From Candidatus Omnitrophota bacterium (GTDB lineage: Bacteria; Omnitrophota; Gorgyraeia; JABMRN01; RBG-13-46-9): 64,000 nucleotides of DNA. A program made the position numbers and the translations under genes. Positions 7,969 through 18,436 of the stretch are shown here, piece by piece (position 1 is the stretch's first letter; every line of letters begins with the position of its first letter). Below the pieces are notes generated by a model, which worked only from the letters and a program-made list of their open reading frames with translations, searched no databases and had not been told where the DNA came from. Location of the stretch: assembly GCA_013203315.1 (NCBI GenBank), contig JABMQJ010000020.1, forward strand, positions 77,079-141,078, read 5' to 3'.

Positions 7969-9258
7969 TTATTTCAAAACTTTTGTCAGTCTTTCAGTTA
8001 CCTTACTCTTACCAAGAAGTTCCATCATTTCGAATAGTCCGGCGCCGCGAGTCATTCCGCTTATCGCGACCCTTGTCGGATGAATGACAGCGGCCGGTTT
8101 CAGGCCGTATTTCTCAGCGGTGCTTCTACAGAGTTTCTCAATTTCTTCTTTGTTATAATTTTGCAGTTTTTGAAGTTCGTCTTTAAATTCTGAAAGCGCT
8201 TTTTTTGTTTCGGTGTCTTTTAAGTGTTTATCGAGCTTCTTTTGCGCTTTTTCGTCCATAGGAAAATCATCCGTAAAGAAACATTTTGTAAGTTCTTCGA
8301 ATTCATCGAATGTGCGGAATCTTGTTTTATAAAGTTCCACTATCTTTTCAAGCTGTGCTGCACTGATGTCACTTTTTATTTTTCCCGCGTTTTTTAATAG
8401 GGCCAGTAAATCCTTTGTGCTCTTATTTCTAATGTATTCGCCGTTAATCCATTTCAGTTTATCTACGTCAAATTTCGCTTGGACATTGCCGAGATCCTCT
8501 ACTGTAAATAGTTTAGCGGCTTCCACGGAAGTTATAATTTCTTTGCCCTCGCCGGGGGACCAGCCAAGCAGCAAAAGATAGTTTGCCATGGCCTCGGGTA
8601 AAAAACCTTCATTCCTATATTCGGAAACTGCCACGGCGCCGTGCCGCTTGGAAAGCTTGGATCCGTCTTTACCCATCATAAGGGGCATGTGCGCGAACTT
8701 TGGTAGTTCGAGATTTAAGGCCTTATAAAACAATACCTGTTTAGGGGTGTTTGATACGTGGTCATCGCCCCTTATTATATGCGTTATGCCCATTTCGTGG
8801 TCGTCTATAACACACGCGAAATTGTATGCCGCGAGTCCGTTTGATTTTATTAAAACCTGGTCTTTTATTTCGTCGGTATTAAAAATTATTTCTCCGTGCA
8901 CTATGTCGTCTATTTTAATCTCGTGTGATTTTTCGACTTTAAATATAATCGCCTCGCCTTCTTTGTAGGCAAGACCCTTATCGAGAAGTTTTAAGGCGTA
9001 CTCTTTATAGGTAGAGACGCGCTGGGATTGATAAATCGGTCCTTCGTCCCAATTTATACCGAGCCATTTAAGGTCATCTAATATTTCGTCTAAAAATTCT
9101 TTTTTTGAGCGCTCTTTATCAGTATCCTCTATACGGAGTATGAGCTTTCCGCCGGTATGCCTGGCATAAAGCCAGTTAAATAGGGCAGTTCTCGCGCTTC
9201 CTAAGTGTAGAAAACCTGTAGGGCTTGGGGCGAATCGAACGCGAACTTGGTTTTTCAT
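7969..9258 (-). CDS. gltX: Glutamyl-tRNA synthetase
   Basis: 429 aa. N-terminus [29 protein letters not shown] (HIGH), KLSKR (KMSKS-type) motif present. Confidence 0.9.
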   Translation of the reverse strand: MKNQVRVRFAPSPTGFLHLGSARTALFNWLYARHTGGKLILRIEDTDKERSKKEFLDEILDDLKWLGINWDEGPIYQSQRVSTYKEYALKLLDKGLAYKEGEAIIFKVEKSHEIKIDDIVHGEIIFNTDEIKDQVLIKSNGLAAYNFACVIDDHEMGITHIIRGDDHVSNTPKQVLFYKALNLELPKFAHMPLMMGKDGSKLSKRHGAVAVSEYRNEGFLPEAMANYLLLLGWSPGEGKEIITSVEAAKLFTVEDLGNVQAKFDVDKLKWINGEYIRNKSTKDLLALLKNAGKIKSDISAAQLEKIVELYKTRFRTFDEFEELTKCFFTDDFPMDEKAQKKLDKHLKDTETKKALSEFKDELQKLQNYNKEEIEKLCRSTAEKYGLKPAAVIHPTRVAISGMTRGAGLFEMMELLGKSKVTERLTKVLK

Positions 9259-9797
9259 ACAGAATCGTAGCCTAATTTTATCGCTTTTTTATTAATGGCA
9301 ATCAGGTCTTTTTTTGACGGCAGCATTTTTGGTAATTCATCCAACACGTTTTTTAAAGGAAATAGTTTTTTTAATTTAATAAAAGCACCTACGGCAATCA
9401 TATTCGCGACTTTAACGTTGCCTAGTTCGGAGGCAAGCTCCGTAAGCGGAATAGCTACGATTCTTACCGACCTTTTCTCTATAATCTGGTCTACCATGGA
9501 AGTGTTAACTATCAAAAGCCCGCCTTTTTCTATTCTTTCCATGAATTTAATCAGTGACGGCTTGTTCATAACAATGCAGGTGGTGGGTTTTAAAATCGTG
9601 GGGGCAGCAATTTTCCCGCAGCTTATGTGTACCATTGAATGAGCCGTTCCGCCTCTTACCTCGGCGCCATACGAAGGGAGCCACGTCACGGTATAGCCTT
9701 CCCTCATGCCGGCTTCCGCAAGGAGCTTGCCCATAAGCATTATTCCCTGCCCACCAAAACCGGCGCATATTATTTTTTCATGCATTTTTTTATTCAT
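9255..9797 (-). CDS. 2-oxoacid:ferredoxin oxidoreductase gamma subunit
   Basis: 180 aa. KIICAGFGGQGIMLMGKLLAEAGM is typical of POR/KOR/VOR gamma subunits. Last gene of the delta-alpha-beta-gamma operon. Confidence 0.8.
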   Translation of the reverse strand: MNKKMHEKIICAGFGGQGIMLMGKLLAEAGMREGYTVTWLPSYGAEVRGGTAHSMVHISCGKIAAPTILKPTTCIVMNKPSLIKFMERIEKGGLLIVNTSMVDQIIEKRSVRIVAIPLTELASELGNVKVANMIAVGAFIKLKKLFPLKNVLDELPKMLPSKKDLIAINKKAIKLGYDSV

Positions 9798-9826
9798 ATA
9801 ACTCGCCTGATACCGCTATTTGCGCA

Positions 9827-10561
9827 TTACCCCTTAAGAACGCCTAAAGGGTATACTTTCTGTATGTCTTTCTCTATCCTCTTGCACGAATCTTCAGGTG
9901 ACATTCCCCAGTATGTAGGGCACATCGAAAGAACCTCAACCATGGAAAAGCCTTCGTTTTTAATTTGAATTTCGAACGCTTTTTTTATGGCTCTTTTTGT
10001 TCTTAAAATTTCTTTAGGGCTGGAGACCGCTGTTCGCTCGATATATTTCGCGCCTTCTAATATAGCAATCATTTCGGAAATTTTTAAAGGGAAGCCGTCT
10101 CTTTTCAGGTCTCTTCCTTTTTTTGTTGTAGTTGTCCTTTGCCCGACTATTGTCGTGGGCGCCATTTGGCCGCCCGTCATGCCGTAGACCCCGTTATTTA
10201 CGAAAATTACCGTAATGTTTTCTCCTCTGTTTGCTGCATGAATGGTCTCTGCGGTTCCTATCGCGGCTAAGTCTCCGTCGCCCTGGTAGGTAAAAACGAC
10301 CTTTTCGGGGTAAACTCTTTTTATACCCGTTGCGACAGCCGGCGTTCTCCCGTGCGCAGCTTCTGTGGTATCAAAATTCCAGTAGTCATATGCGATAACA
10401 GCGCATCCTACCGGCGCAACGGCGATTACTTTCTCTCTTATGCCGAGTTCGTCTATTACTTCGCACACTAACCTATGAATAATGCCGTGGCCGCATCCCG
10501 CGCAATAGTGCGTTAAGGCGTCTTTCATTGAATTTGGTTTTTTAAAAATTATTTTTTCCAT
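9827..10561 (-). CDS. 2-oxoacid:ferredoxin oxidoreductase beta subunit (TPP-binding)
   Basis: 244 aa. TPP motif GDGDLAAIGTAETIHAANRGENITVIFVNNGVYGMTGGQ. Confidence 0.85.
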   Translation of the reverse strand: MEKIIFKKPNSMKDALTHYCAGCGHGIIHRLVCEVIDELGIREKVIAVAPVGCAVIAYDYWNFDTTEAAHGRTPAVATGIKRVYPEKVVFTYQGDGDLAAIGTAETIHAANRGENITVIFVNNGVYGMTGGQMAPTTIVGQRTTTTKKGRDLKRDGFPLKISEMIAILEGAKYIERTAVSSPKEILRTKRAIKKAFEIQIKNEGFSMVEVLSMCPTYWGMSPEDSCKRIEKDIQKVYPLGVLKG

Positions 10562-10563
10562 TT

Positions 10564-11622
10564 TTATTTAAGGCTTAAAGCTTTCTCCATAATTTCTTCT
10601 TCGCTCGGAATGCCGCCGCCTGTCCTGCCGTAAAAAGATACTTTTTTATCGTTTTGCACGGCCAGCCGAACGTCTTCTACCATCTGGCCGGTGCTCATTT
10701 CAACGACCAAAAATTTTGTGCTGCCGGTACCGAGCTTTCTTAACGCTTTATACGGAAAAGGCCAAAGGCTTATGGGCCGGAATAATCCTGCTTTTATTTT
10801 CTTCTCTCTTAATCGATCCACACAGGCCTTGGCAATGCGACCTGATGTACCGTAAGCGGCGATTATTATTTTGGCATCCTCTGTTTTATATTGTTCCAAT
10901 CGTGTTTCGTTCTTTTTTATTAATTCATATTTCTTTTGCAATCTCCTGTTAAGATCTTCTAATTCTCCGTCTTTCAAAAGTAAGGATCTTATCTTATTGG
11001 GCTTTCTTCCCTTACAACCTGTCAATGCCCAGGGTTTAGATTTTTGTTTTTTAGCTCTGGATTTTTGGTTTATTTCCACAGCTTCCATCATCTGCCCGAG
11101 TATTCCGTCGCCCAATATAATGACGGGGCTTCTGTACTTATCCGCTATATCAAAAGCTGTCCGGGTAAGATCCATCATTTCCTGGCATGAGGCGGGCGCC
11201 AAAACCGTGCAATGATAATCCCCGTGGCCTCCGCCCTTTGTGGCTTGAAAATAATCCGCTTGGCTTGGGGCAATGTTGCCGAGGCCGGGGCCCCCTCTCA
11301 TAATATTGACAATAACAGCTGGGAGTTCGCATCCTGCAAGGTAGGAAATGCCTTCCTGTTTCAGGCTTATCCCGGGGCTTGAAGACGTGGTAATTGCTCT
11401 TGCGCCCGCTACCGATGCGCCAAAGACCATGTTTATGGCCGCAAGCTCACTTTCGGCCTGTATGAAAACACCTCCCGTTTCATCCATGCGCTTAGACATA
11501 TAAGCGGTCAATTCATTCTGCGGCGTAATCGGATACCCGGCATAAAATCGGCACCCGGCCTGGATGGCCCCTTCGCCGCAGGCTTCGTTACCGGTTATTA
11601 ATATACGATTTTTTGTTTTCAT
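10564..11622 (-). CDS. 2-oxoacid:ferredoxin oxidoreductase alpha subunit
   Basis: Pyruvate-flavodoxin-oxidoreductase-like N domain. The start is set at the ATG at 11622 (MKTKNRILITG), which overlaps the delta-subunit stop as ATGA. The longer ORF to 11682 would run into the upstream gene. Confidence 0.85.
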   Translation of the reverse strand: MKTKNRILITGNEACGEGAIQAGCRFYAGYPITPQNELTAYMSKRMDETGGVFIQAESELAAINMVFGASVAGARAITTSSSPGISLKQEGISYLAGCELPAVIVNIMRGGPGLGNIAPSQADYFQATKGGGHGDYHCTVLAPASCQEMMDLTRTAFDIADKYRSPVIILGDGILGQMMEAVEINQKSRAKKQKSKPWALTGCKGRKPNKIRSLLLKDGELEDLNRRLQKKYELIKKNETRLEQYKTEDAKIIIAAYGTSGRIAKACVDRLREKKIKAGLFRPISLWPFPYKALRKLGTGSTKFLVVEMSTGQMVEDVRLAVQNDKKVSFYGRTGGGIPSEEEIMEKALSLK

Positions 11623-11825
11623 CTCCATACCTCGATGCATACGTCGGGACAAATTATTGCGCACATGGCGCAGCCCGTGCATTTTTTGTTCTTTTCTTTA
11701 AATTCCACGCAATGAATGCCGCGTTTGTTCAGTTTTTTAGAGCGGACGATAAGTCCATTCGAACAAACTGACAAGCAAAGCATGCATCCTTTACATTTTT
11801 CTTTATCTATTTTTATTTTTGCCAT
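11619..11825 (-). CDS. 2-oxoacid:ferredoxin oxidoreductase delta subunit (2x[4Fe-4S] ferredoxin)
   Basis: 68 aa with two CxxCxxCxxxCP clusters (CKGCMLCLSVC, CTGCAMCAIICP). Confidence 0.75.
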   Translation of the reverse strand: MAKIKIDKEKCKGCMLCLSVCSNGLIVRSKKLNKRGIHCVEFKEKNKKCTGCAMCAIICPDVCIEVWR

Positions 11826-13705
11826 GTTTTTTTCTCAAAGAATTCATTTTTTATCGTTTCGCAAATCTCATCCGCTGTAAGATGATATTCTTTTAGCAAT
11901 TCTTCTCTTTTCCCGTGCGCGATAAACTGATCCGGAAGGCCGAGTCTCTCTATTTTTACATTTTCTATGTTTTCTCTCTCGAAAAACTCAAGGACCACAC
12001 TGCCAAAACCTCCCGTTGCGACGCCCTCCTCAAGTGTTACTACTTTTTTTATCTCTTTTGTCAGGTTTTCGATTATTTCTTTATCCAGCGGTTTTACAAA
12101 CCTTGCGTTTACAACCGTAGCCTCTATTCCATCGGCAGATAAAAGATCTGCTGCTTTTACCGCAACTGAAACCATGCTGCCTATAGCAAAAATCGCTATG
12201 TCGCGCCCTTTTCTTAAGGTTTGTGATTTGCCTAATTCAATTTTTTCAAAACTTGACCCGGAAAGGTGCGACTGGGCGCTCCCTTTTGGATACCTGATCG
12301 CTACGGGTGAGTCTAAATTAACAGCGAACTCAAGCATTGCTCCTAGCTCAAGACCGTCCCTCGGCGCCATGACCACAAGGTTCGGAATGTGGCGCAGGTA
12401 TGCGATATCAAACACGCCATGATGTGTCGGGCCGTCTTCTCCTGCCAACCCTGCCCGGTCAAGACAAAACACAACGGGTAAATTCTGCAGGCTCACGTCA
12501 TGTATTATCTGATCGTAACCCCTCTGCAAAAATGTGGAATAAATGGCTACGATCGGTCTCAAGCCCTGATGCGCTAACCCGGCACTGAAAGCAACCGCGT
12601 GTTCTTCCGCTATGCCCACATCAAAGAATCTATTGGGGAATTCCCTGGAAAATTTTGCAAGCCCTGTTCCGTCCGGCATGGCGGCTGTTATCGCCACTAT
12701 TCTTTTATCTTTCCTGGCAAGTTCTACTATTCTATCGGAAAATATCTCTGTAAAACTTTTCGGTCCCTCTTTAGCTAAGGCCTTGCCCGACTTGGCGTCG
12801 AAAGGTGGCGTACCATGAAAAAGACTGGGTTTTTCTTCGGAGAATTTGTAGCCCTTACCCTTTTTGGTAACTACGTGCACAACTATGGGCTCCCGCAAAG
12901 ACGCAATATTGCGAAACATCGTGATTAATTCGTTTATGTCGTGGCCATTTATGGGGCCGAAATACCTGAAACCTAATCCCTCAAAAAACATTCCCGGAAT
13001 CAGCAAATTCTTTAACGATTCTTCCAGCTTTCTCGCGGCCCTGAAAGTCTTAAAACCGAATATTGGAATCCGCTTAACCAGAATTTGCATCTGGCGCCGC
13101 ACTTTGTTATAGACTGGGTTTGCTAAAATCCTGTTTAAATGCCTGCTTAAAGCGCCCACGCTCCTTGAGATAGAAAGTTCGTTGTCGTTTAAGATAACTA
13201 TGATATCCTTTTTCATATGCCCGGCGTGATTAAGCCCTTCCAGCGCCATACCGTTAGCCAGAGACGCGTCTCCTATAACTGCGATCGCCTTCCACGTTTC
13301 GTTTTTCAGGTCTCTGGCGCAGGCAAGGCCGAGCGCCGTAGATATGGAGGTTGAGCTGTGCCCGCAAGTAAATGTATCGTATTTACTCTCCGTGCGGGAA
13401 GGAAAACCGCTTATGCCGCCCAGCTGCCTTAGCGTATCGAAAGCCTTAGCCCTTCCTGTCAGTATCTTGTGGGGATAGGCTTGGTGTCCTACGTCCCAGA
13501 TGATTTTGTCTTTTGGCATATTGAAACAATAATGCAGGGAAATAGCAAGTTCCACCGCCCCAAGGCTTGACGCGAGGTGGCCGCCTCTTTTAGAGACAAC
13601 ATCGATGATTTTTTCTCGTATCTCGCCGGCTAAAAGCGGTAAATCTTTGATCGGTACTTCTTTTAGGTCATCCGGTGAATTGATTTTGTTGATCAGATTT
13701 CCCAT
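11813..13705 (-). CDS. dxs: 1-deoxy-D-xylulose-5-phosphate synthase
   Basis: 630 aa. N-terminal GGHLASSLGAVELAISLHY, TPP-binding and transketolase-like domains. Confidence 0.9.
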   Translation of the reverse strand: MGNLINKINSPDDLKEVPIKDLPLLAGEIREKIIDVVSKRGGHLASSLGAVELAISLHYCFNMPKDKIIWDVGHQAYPHKILTGRAKAFDTLRQLGGISGFPSRTESKYDTFTCGHSSTSISTALGLACARDLKNETWKAIAVIGDASLANGMALEGLNHAGHMKKDIIVILNDNELSISRSVGALSRHLNRILANPVYNKVRRQMQILVKRIPIFGFKTFRAARKLEESLKNLLIPGMFFEGLGFRYFGPINGHDINELITMFRNIASLREPIVVHVVTKKGKGYKFSEEKPSLFHGTPPFDAKSGKALAKEGPKSFTEIFSDRIVELARKDKRIVAITAAMPDGTGLAKFSREFPNRFFDVGIAEEHAVAFSAGLAHQGLRPIVAIYSTFLQRGYDQIIHDVSLQNLPVVFCLDRAGLAGEDGPTHHGVFDIAYLRHIPNLVVMAPRDGLELGAMLEFAVNLDSPVAIRYPKGSAQSHLSGSSFEKIELGKSQTLRKGRDIAIFAIGSMVSVAVKAADLLSADGIEATVVNARFVKPLDKEIIENLTKEIKKVVTLEEGVATGGFGSVVLEFFERENIENVKIERLGLPDQFIAHGKREELLKEYHLTADEICETIKNEFFEKKTWQK

Positions 13706-14553
13706 ATTTTTTCCAATACTCTATCTGCCATGTAGCTCAATGTAGCTGCCTTTTTCCCGAAAGGCGCGATATGACCTTTTGCTTTTGAAATAAAAAATTC
13801 CGTTTTCTTTTTCATTTTACCCAGCGCGTGGGAATTGTGTTGTAAATCTACGATGTCATCGGCAACCTGAAAAGCGAGCCCTAAACTTATACCGAATTCG
13901 TGTATTTTTTTCGTGTCTTTTGTTTTAGCCCCGGCTGCCAACGCCCCCACCTTACACGCGCATCCCATGAGCGCTGCTGTTTTCATGTTGTCAATTTTGG
14001 TTTTGAGCTTTTTATTTTTCTTGGGCCCGTTTTCATATTCCAAATCGAGCGCCTGGCCCCCTACCATGTTTCCTGCGCCTATGGCTTCTGAAACGAAAGA
14101 AGCTACTTTGAGGGCGCAATTTTCTTTTGATTCCGAGATTATCCCGAAAGCAAGGTTGAGAAGCGCATCCCCCGTTAGTATCGCCATGGCCTCTCCGAAT
14201 CTTTTGTGGCACGTAGGCTTTCCTCTTCTGAAATCGTCGTTATCCATGGCCGGCAGGTCATCATGAACAAGAGAGAAATTATGTATCAGCTCTATGGCGC
14301 AGGCAAACGGCAGGGCTTTTTTTAAATTGCCGCCTAAAGCCTTGCAGCTTTCTACCGTCAATACCGGCCTTAGTCTTTTACCGCCTGTAAAAACGGAATA
14401 CTCCATGGCCTTTTTTAAAATACGCGGTCCTTTGAGCGCGCTCAAATATTTTTTTAAGGCGTGATCTATGAGCGCTTTATCGCGCTTATAGCCTTCTTTA
14501 TTCTTTTTGCCCCTCGGCTTCACCCGGAACTCCCTTCGATCACTTTTTCGCAA
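13693..14553 (-). CDS. Polyprenyl diphosphate synthase (FPP/GGPP synthase)
   Basis: First DDxxD motif LVHDDLPAMDNDDFRRGKP and second motif FQVADDIVD. Confidence 0.8.
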   Translation of the reverse strand: MRKSDRREFRVKPRGKKNKEGYKRDKALIDHALKKYLSALKGPRILKKAMEYSVFTGGKRLRPVLTVESCKALGGNLKKALPFACAIELIHNFSLVHDDLPAMDNDDFRRGKPTCHKRFGEAMAILTGDALLNLAFGIISESKENCALKVASFVSEAIGAGNMVGGQALDLEYENGPKKNKKLKTKIDNMKTAALMGCACKVGALAAGAKTKDTKKIHEFGISLGLAFQVADDIVDLQHNSHALGKMKKKTEFFISKAKGHIAPFGKKAATLSYMADRVLEKIWEI

Positions 14554-14776
14554 TTTCTTCTCCGAACGGTTCTGTTTTAATTTTTCCGTTTTTTGTTTTG
14601 ACTAAGATCTCGATTTTTTTCTTGGCTTGTTCAAGCTTTTTCCTGCAAGTCACCAGAAGCCCGACACCTTCTTCGTATTTCGCCAGGGACTTATCGAGCG
14701 AGAGCTCTCCGCCTTCGAGTTCTTCGACAATATCTTCTAGTTTTTTAAGTGCTTCTTCAAATTTTATTTCTGCCAT
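14540..14776 (-). CDS. xseB: Exodeoxyribonuclease VII small subunit
   Basis: 78 aa. FEEALKKLEDIVEELEGGELSLDKSLAKYEEGVGLLVTCRKKL is the XseB signature. Confidence 0.85.
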   Translation of the reverse strand: MAEIKFEEALKKLEDIVEELEGGELSLDKSLAKYEEGVGLLVTCRKKLEQAKKKIEILVKTKNGKIKTEPFGEEIAKK

Positions 14777-14789
14777 GGTTCCCCCACTA

Positions 14790-16010
14790 TTACTTCTTAA
14801 GGTTTTTTATTTCCTCTACCATGCTAATTATTTCTCCCTTTGCGAATTTTGTTCTAATATAATCGTTCTTTTTCAAATTTTCCGCGTTTTTTATAACTTT
14901 TCCGTTTTTTTCGCTTTTCGTAATGCTGTAACCGCGGCCCAAGATTCCAAGCGGGCTTAGGGCTTCGAGTTTTGCGGCAAACGTATTTAAAGCCTCTTCT
15001 TTAAATTTTACAAGCACTGCACTTTTTGAAGTAAGTTCCCGGGCAAGGTCATCGATTTCCTGCTCGCGCTGGGTAACGATATTAAAAGGCTCTCTGAACA
15101 CGTATCTTTTTTTAAGTGCTTCTAGGCTTTCTTTCATAAAATTTATTTTGGATAAGAGCACATTTCCCATTCTTTCCGAAAACCCGTCTAACGCGCTGAT
15201 GAGATCTTCTTTTTTGGGGATAACAAGTTCGGCTGCCGCCGAAGGTGTGGGCGCTCTAAAGTCACTTACAAAATCGCTTATGGTATAATCAACCTGGTGG
15301 CCTACGGCGCTTATGACAGGGATTCTCGAGCGGGAAATAGCCCTTGCGACTATCTCTTCGTTAAAAGGCCATAAATCTTCCGTGCTTCCGCCGCCACGGC
15401 TGAGTATTATAAGGTCTACATTACCTAATACATTAAATAAATCGAGGGCCCGGACAATTTCTTCCTTTGCCATTTCGCCCTGGACCCTTGTAGGATTTAC
15501 AATAATTTCTATATTGGAAAATCTTCTCTTTGCAACGTTAAGTATGTCTTTTATAGCTGCCCCTGTCGGTGATGTCACGACGCCTACGCGTTGCGGCAGT
15601 GCCGGGATAGGCTTTTTGCGGCTTTCATCGAAGAGCCCTTCTTTCCTCAGCTTTTCTTTTAGCTGTTCAAACGCGATTTGAAGGGCACCTGCCCCTCGTG
15701 GCTCGATTTTTTCTACGATAAGCTGATATTGGCCCCTCTTGTCATAAACACTAATTTTACCGAAACATAAAACATGCATGCCGTTTTCTATTTTGAATCT
15801 CAAGCCATAATTTACCCTTCTGAATAAAACCGAGGAGAGAACGCTATCTTCGTCTCTTACGCTAAAATACATATGGCCCGATTGGTGGCTGGTAAAATTA
15901 GATACCTCGCCTTCGACCCACACGGTACCGAGGCTATCTTCGAGAATCATGCGAATATTGCGCGTAAGTTCGCTTACCGTATATATTCTTTTTTCTTCTG
16001 CGGTTTTCAT
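14790..16010 (-). CDS. xseA: Exodeoxyribonuclease VII large subunit
   Basis: OB-fold N-terminus YTVSELTRNIRMILEDSLGTVWVEGEVSNF. Start trimmed to the Met at 16010 so that it abuts the upstream gene's stop. Confidence 0.85.
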   Translation of the reverse strand: MKTAEEKRIYTVSELTRNIRMILEDSLGTVWVEGEVSNFTSHQSGHMYFSVRDEDSVLSSVLFRRVNYGLRFKIENGMHVLCFGKISVYDKRGQYQLIVEKIEPRGAGALQIAFEQLKEKLRKEGLFDESRKKPIPALPQRVGVVTSPTGAAIKDILNVAKRRFSNIEIIVNPTRVQGEMAKEEIVRALDLFNVLGNVDLIILSRGGGSTEDLWPFNEEIVARAISRSRIPVISAVGHQVDYTISDFVSDFRAPTPSAAAELVIPKKEDLISALDGFSERMGNVLLSKINFMKESLEALKKRYVFREPFNIVTQREQEIDDLARELTSKSAVLVKFKEEALNTFAAKLEALSPLGILGRGYSITKSEKNGKVIKNAENLKKNDYIRTKFAKGEIISMVEEIKNLKK

Positions 16011-16011
16011 T

Positions 16012-16794
16012 TTAAGAATATTTTTTTTGGATTCTTTCAATAGAATTCGCTTTTCCTTGCTTTTCGTCAAAGTCTATGATCACACCGTTTAGCCATATGT
16101 CGTCTTCCGCCATTTCGAACCTGGTAGGCCTCTGCGTAACGAATCTCGAAAGAATCTGTTCTTTTTTTCTGCCTATTACGGAATCGAAGGGGCCGGTCAT
16201 GCCGGCATCTGTTATATAGGCTGTGCCTTTCGGGAGAATTTTTTCGTCAGCTGTCTGGACATGCGTATGCGTGCCCATGATACCCGTAACAAGCCCGTCC
16301 AAATACCAGCCTAATGCTATTTTTTCGCTTGTAGCTTCTGCATGTATATCAACGAAAATGTTCGGAGTGATTTTCTTTATTTTAACGACTTCTTCACGCG
16401 AAGCCCTGAAAGGGCATTCCACTGCCTGCATAAAAACGCGTCCGAGTAGATTTATAACGCCGATTTTTACGCCTGAGGATAATTCTATGATAGTGGAGCC
16501 TGACCCCGGATTTTCTTTAGGGTAATTAAGGGGCCTTAAAACGCCTTCTCCGCCATCGAGAATCTCTATTACCTCTTTTCTCTTCCAGATGTGGTCACCG
16601 CTTGTAAGAACGTGTATTCCGCAATTTTTAAGCTCTTCTGCTATAGAAGGCGTTATGCCGCTTCCGCCGGCGGCATTTTCCGCATTTGCAATAACGCATT
16701 CTATCGTATATTTTTTGACAAGTTGCGGCACAAGCTTTTTTATAGCTTTTCTGCCGGGCTCACCTACTATATCGCCGATAAATAAAAGTTTCAT
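16012..16794 (-). CDS. ymdB: YmdB-family metallophosphoesterase (TIGR00282)
   Basis: 260 aa. MKLLFIGDIVGEPGRKAIKKLVPQL. Sits next to rny in conserved synteny. Confidence 0.75.
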   Translation of the reverse strand: MKLLFIGDIVGEPGRKAIKKLVPQLVKKYTIECVIANAENAAGGSGITPSIAEELKNCGIHVLTSGDHIWKRKEVIEILDGGEGVLRPLNYPKENPGSGSTIIELSSGVKIGVINLLGRVFMQAVECPFRASREEVVKIKKITPNIFVDIHAEATSEKIALGWYLDGLVTGIMGTHTHVQTADEKILPKGTAYITDAGMTGPFDSVIGRKKEQILSRFVTQRPTRFEMAEDDIWLNGVIIDFDEKQGKANSIERIQKKYS

Positions 16795-16806
16795 CTGTTA
16801 TCTCGC

Positions 16807-18375
16807 TTACTTTGCATATTCGATTGCCCGCGTTTCACGTATTACCATTACCTTAATCTGGCCGGGGTATTCTAAGCCTTCCTCGATTTTCTTTTTGATA
16901 TCCCTTGCCAAAACCGAGGCGTGAGCGTCGTCAAGCATTTCAGGCTTCACCATGATGCGTATTTCTCTTCCGGCCTGAATAGCAAATGCTTTTTCAACGC
17001 CTTTGAAGGAATCCGCGATAGCTTCCAGCTTTTCCAGGCGCTTTATATATGTTTCTAGAGTTTCTCTTCTGGCGCCCGGCCTTGTGGCGCTTATCCCGTC
17101 TGCAGCCTGAACGAGCACAGCCAAAAGCGTCCTTGCTTCTATGTCCTGGTGATGAGCCTCTACAGCATGGATAACAACTTCGGGTTCGTTATATTTCCTT
17201 GTGATATCGGCGCCTATTTTGGAGTGTGCGCCTTCTACTTCGTGGCTTACGGCCTTTCCAATATCATGCAACAAACCTATGCGTTTTGCAAGGGTAAAAT
17301 CGAGTTTAAGTTCGCCGGCCATAACGCCCATGATATACGCAACTTCTTTTGAGTGCTGCAGTACATTCTGGCCGTAACTTGTTCTAAATCTTAGCCTTCC
17401 GAGAAGCTTAATAATTTCCGGGTGCAGGCCGTGAAGCCCTACGTCAAAGACTGCTTTTTCCCCTTCTTCGCGTATTGTAGCTTCCATTTCTTTTTTTACT
17501 TTTTCGACTACTTCTTCGATACGGGCAGGATGTATTCTTCCGTCTCCTATGAGCCTCTCCAGGGAAATTCTTGCGATCTCCCTTCTTACCATATCAAACC
17601 CTGAAAGAATTACCGCTTCCGGGGTATCGTCGATAATAACATCTATTCCCGTTGCCATTTCCAGAGCACGGATATTCCTGCCTTCTCTTCCTATGATCCT
17701 GCCTTTCATGTCATCACTAGGTAGATTAACAACGCTTATTGTCGTTTCGACCGTATGATCCGTAGCGCATTTCTGGATCGCAAGGCCTATGATCTTGCGC
17801 GCTTCTTTATCGGCCTTTTCCTTGGCCTCTTCTTCCATGCGCTTAAGCATGTAGGCTGATTCCTGCTTAACATCGTTTTCAAGCCGCTTTAGTAGTATGC
17901 GCTTGGCTTCGTCAACCGTCATGCCGGAAACCCTCTGCAACCTTTCTTTCTCTTCCTGGAGTAGCTGCGCTAATTCGTCGTTTTTCTTTTGTATGTCCTT
18001 TTCTTTGCCGTGTACTTGTTGGATTCTCGAGCTTATTTCTCTCTCTTTTTTATCGAGAACATCTATTCTCCTGTCCAAATTTTCCTCTCTTTGAAGCAGC
18101 CTTCTCTCAAGCTGCATAAGCTCTCTTCGTCTTTCTTTTGATTCTTTCTCGAAATCGGACCTTGTTTTCAGCAAAAGGTCTTTTGCTTCAAGCTGTGCCT
18201 CTCTTTTTCTGGACTCGGCTTCTTTCTTGGATTCCTCTACGATTATTTTTGATTTTTCTTCCGCGCGTTTTATCTTTATGCGTGCGGTGTATTTTCTTAC
18301 GACATACCCGATAAGAAAAAAGAAAAGGGCGCCCAAGATTCCGAACCCGATATAGATAAGCGTCATATTTCCCAT
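16807..18375 (-). CDS. rny: Ribonuclease Y
   Basis: 522 aa. N-terminal TM, coiled-coil, KH domain ([15 protein letters not shown]) and HD domain (LLHDIGKA). Confidence 0.9.
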   Translation of the reverse strand: MGNMTLIYIGFGILGALFFFLIGYVVRKYTARIKIKRAEEKSKIIVEESKKEAESRKREAQLEAKDLLLKTRSDFEKESKERRRELMQLERRLLQREENLDRRIDVLDKKEREISSRIQQVHGKEKDIQKKNDELAQLLQEEKERLQRVSGMTVDEAKRILLKRLENDVKQESAYMLKRMEEEAKEKADKEARKIIGLAIQKCATDHTVETTISVVNLPSDDMKGRIIGREGRNIRALEMATGIDVIIDDTPEAVILSGFDMVRREIARISLERLIGDGRIHPARIEEVVEKVKKEMEATIREEGEKAVFDVGLHGLHPEIIKLLGRLRFRTSYGQNVLQHSKEVAYIMGVMAGELKLDFTLAKRIGLLHDIGKAVSHEVEGAHSKIGADITRKYNEPEVVIHAVEAHHQDIEARTLLAVLVQAADGISATRPGARRETLETYIKRLEKLEAIADSFKGVEKAFAIQAGREIRIMVKPEMLDDAHASVLARDIKKKIEEGLEYPGQIKVMVIRETRAIEYAK

Positions 18376-18436
18376 GTGAGTTACCTCCTCGTTATTAGAA
18401 AATCAAAGATTACGCGTACTTTTTGATGTTTTAAGA

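Noticed and set aside
10564-11682. Long N-terminal extensions of korA, xseA, yicC, fcl, glmS, pyrR and atpE as listed in the ORF track
   Set aside because: The extended starts overlap upstream genes by 60-85 nt or precede the conserved N-terminal motifs (for example Cys2 of GlmS). Internal starts that abut the upstream stop codons were chosen instead.
11967-13112. Antisense ORFs inside dxs, and similar ones in gyrA, gyrB, pyrC, fcl, thrS and rny
   Set aside because: They are shadows of high-confidence genes on the other strand, with no independent support.
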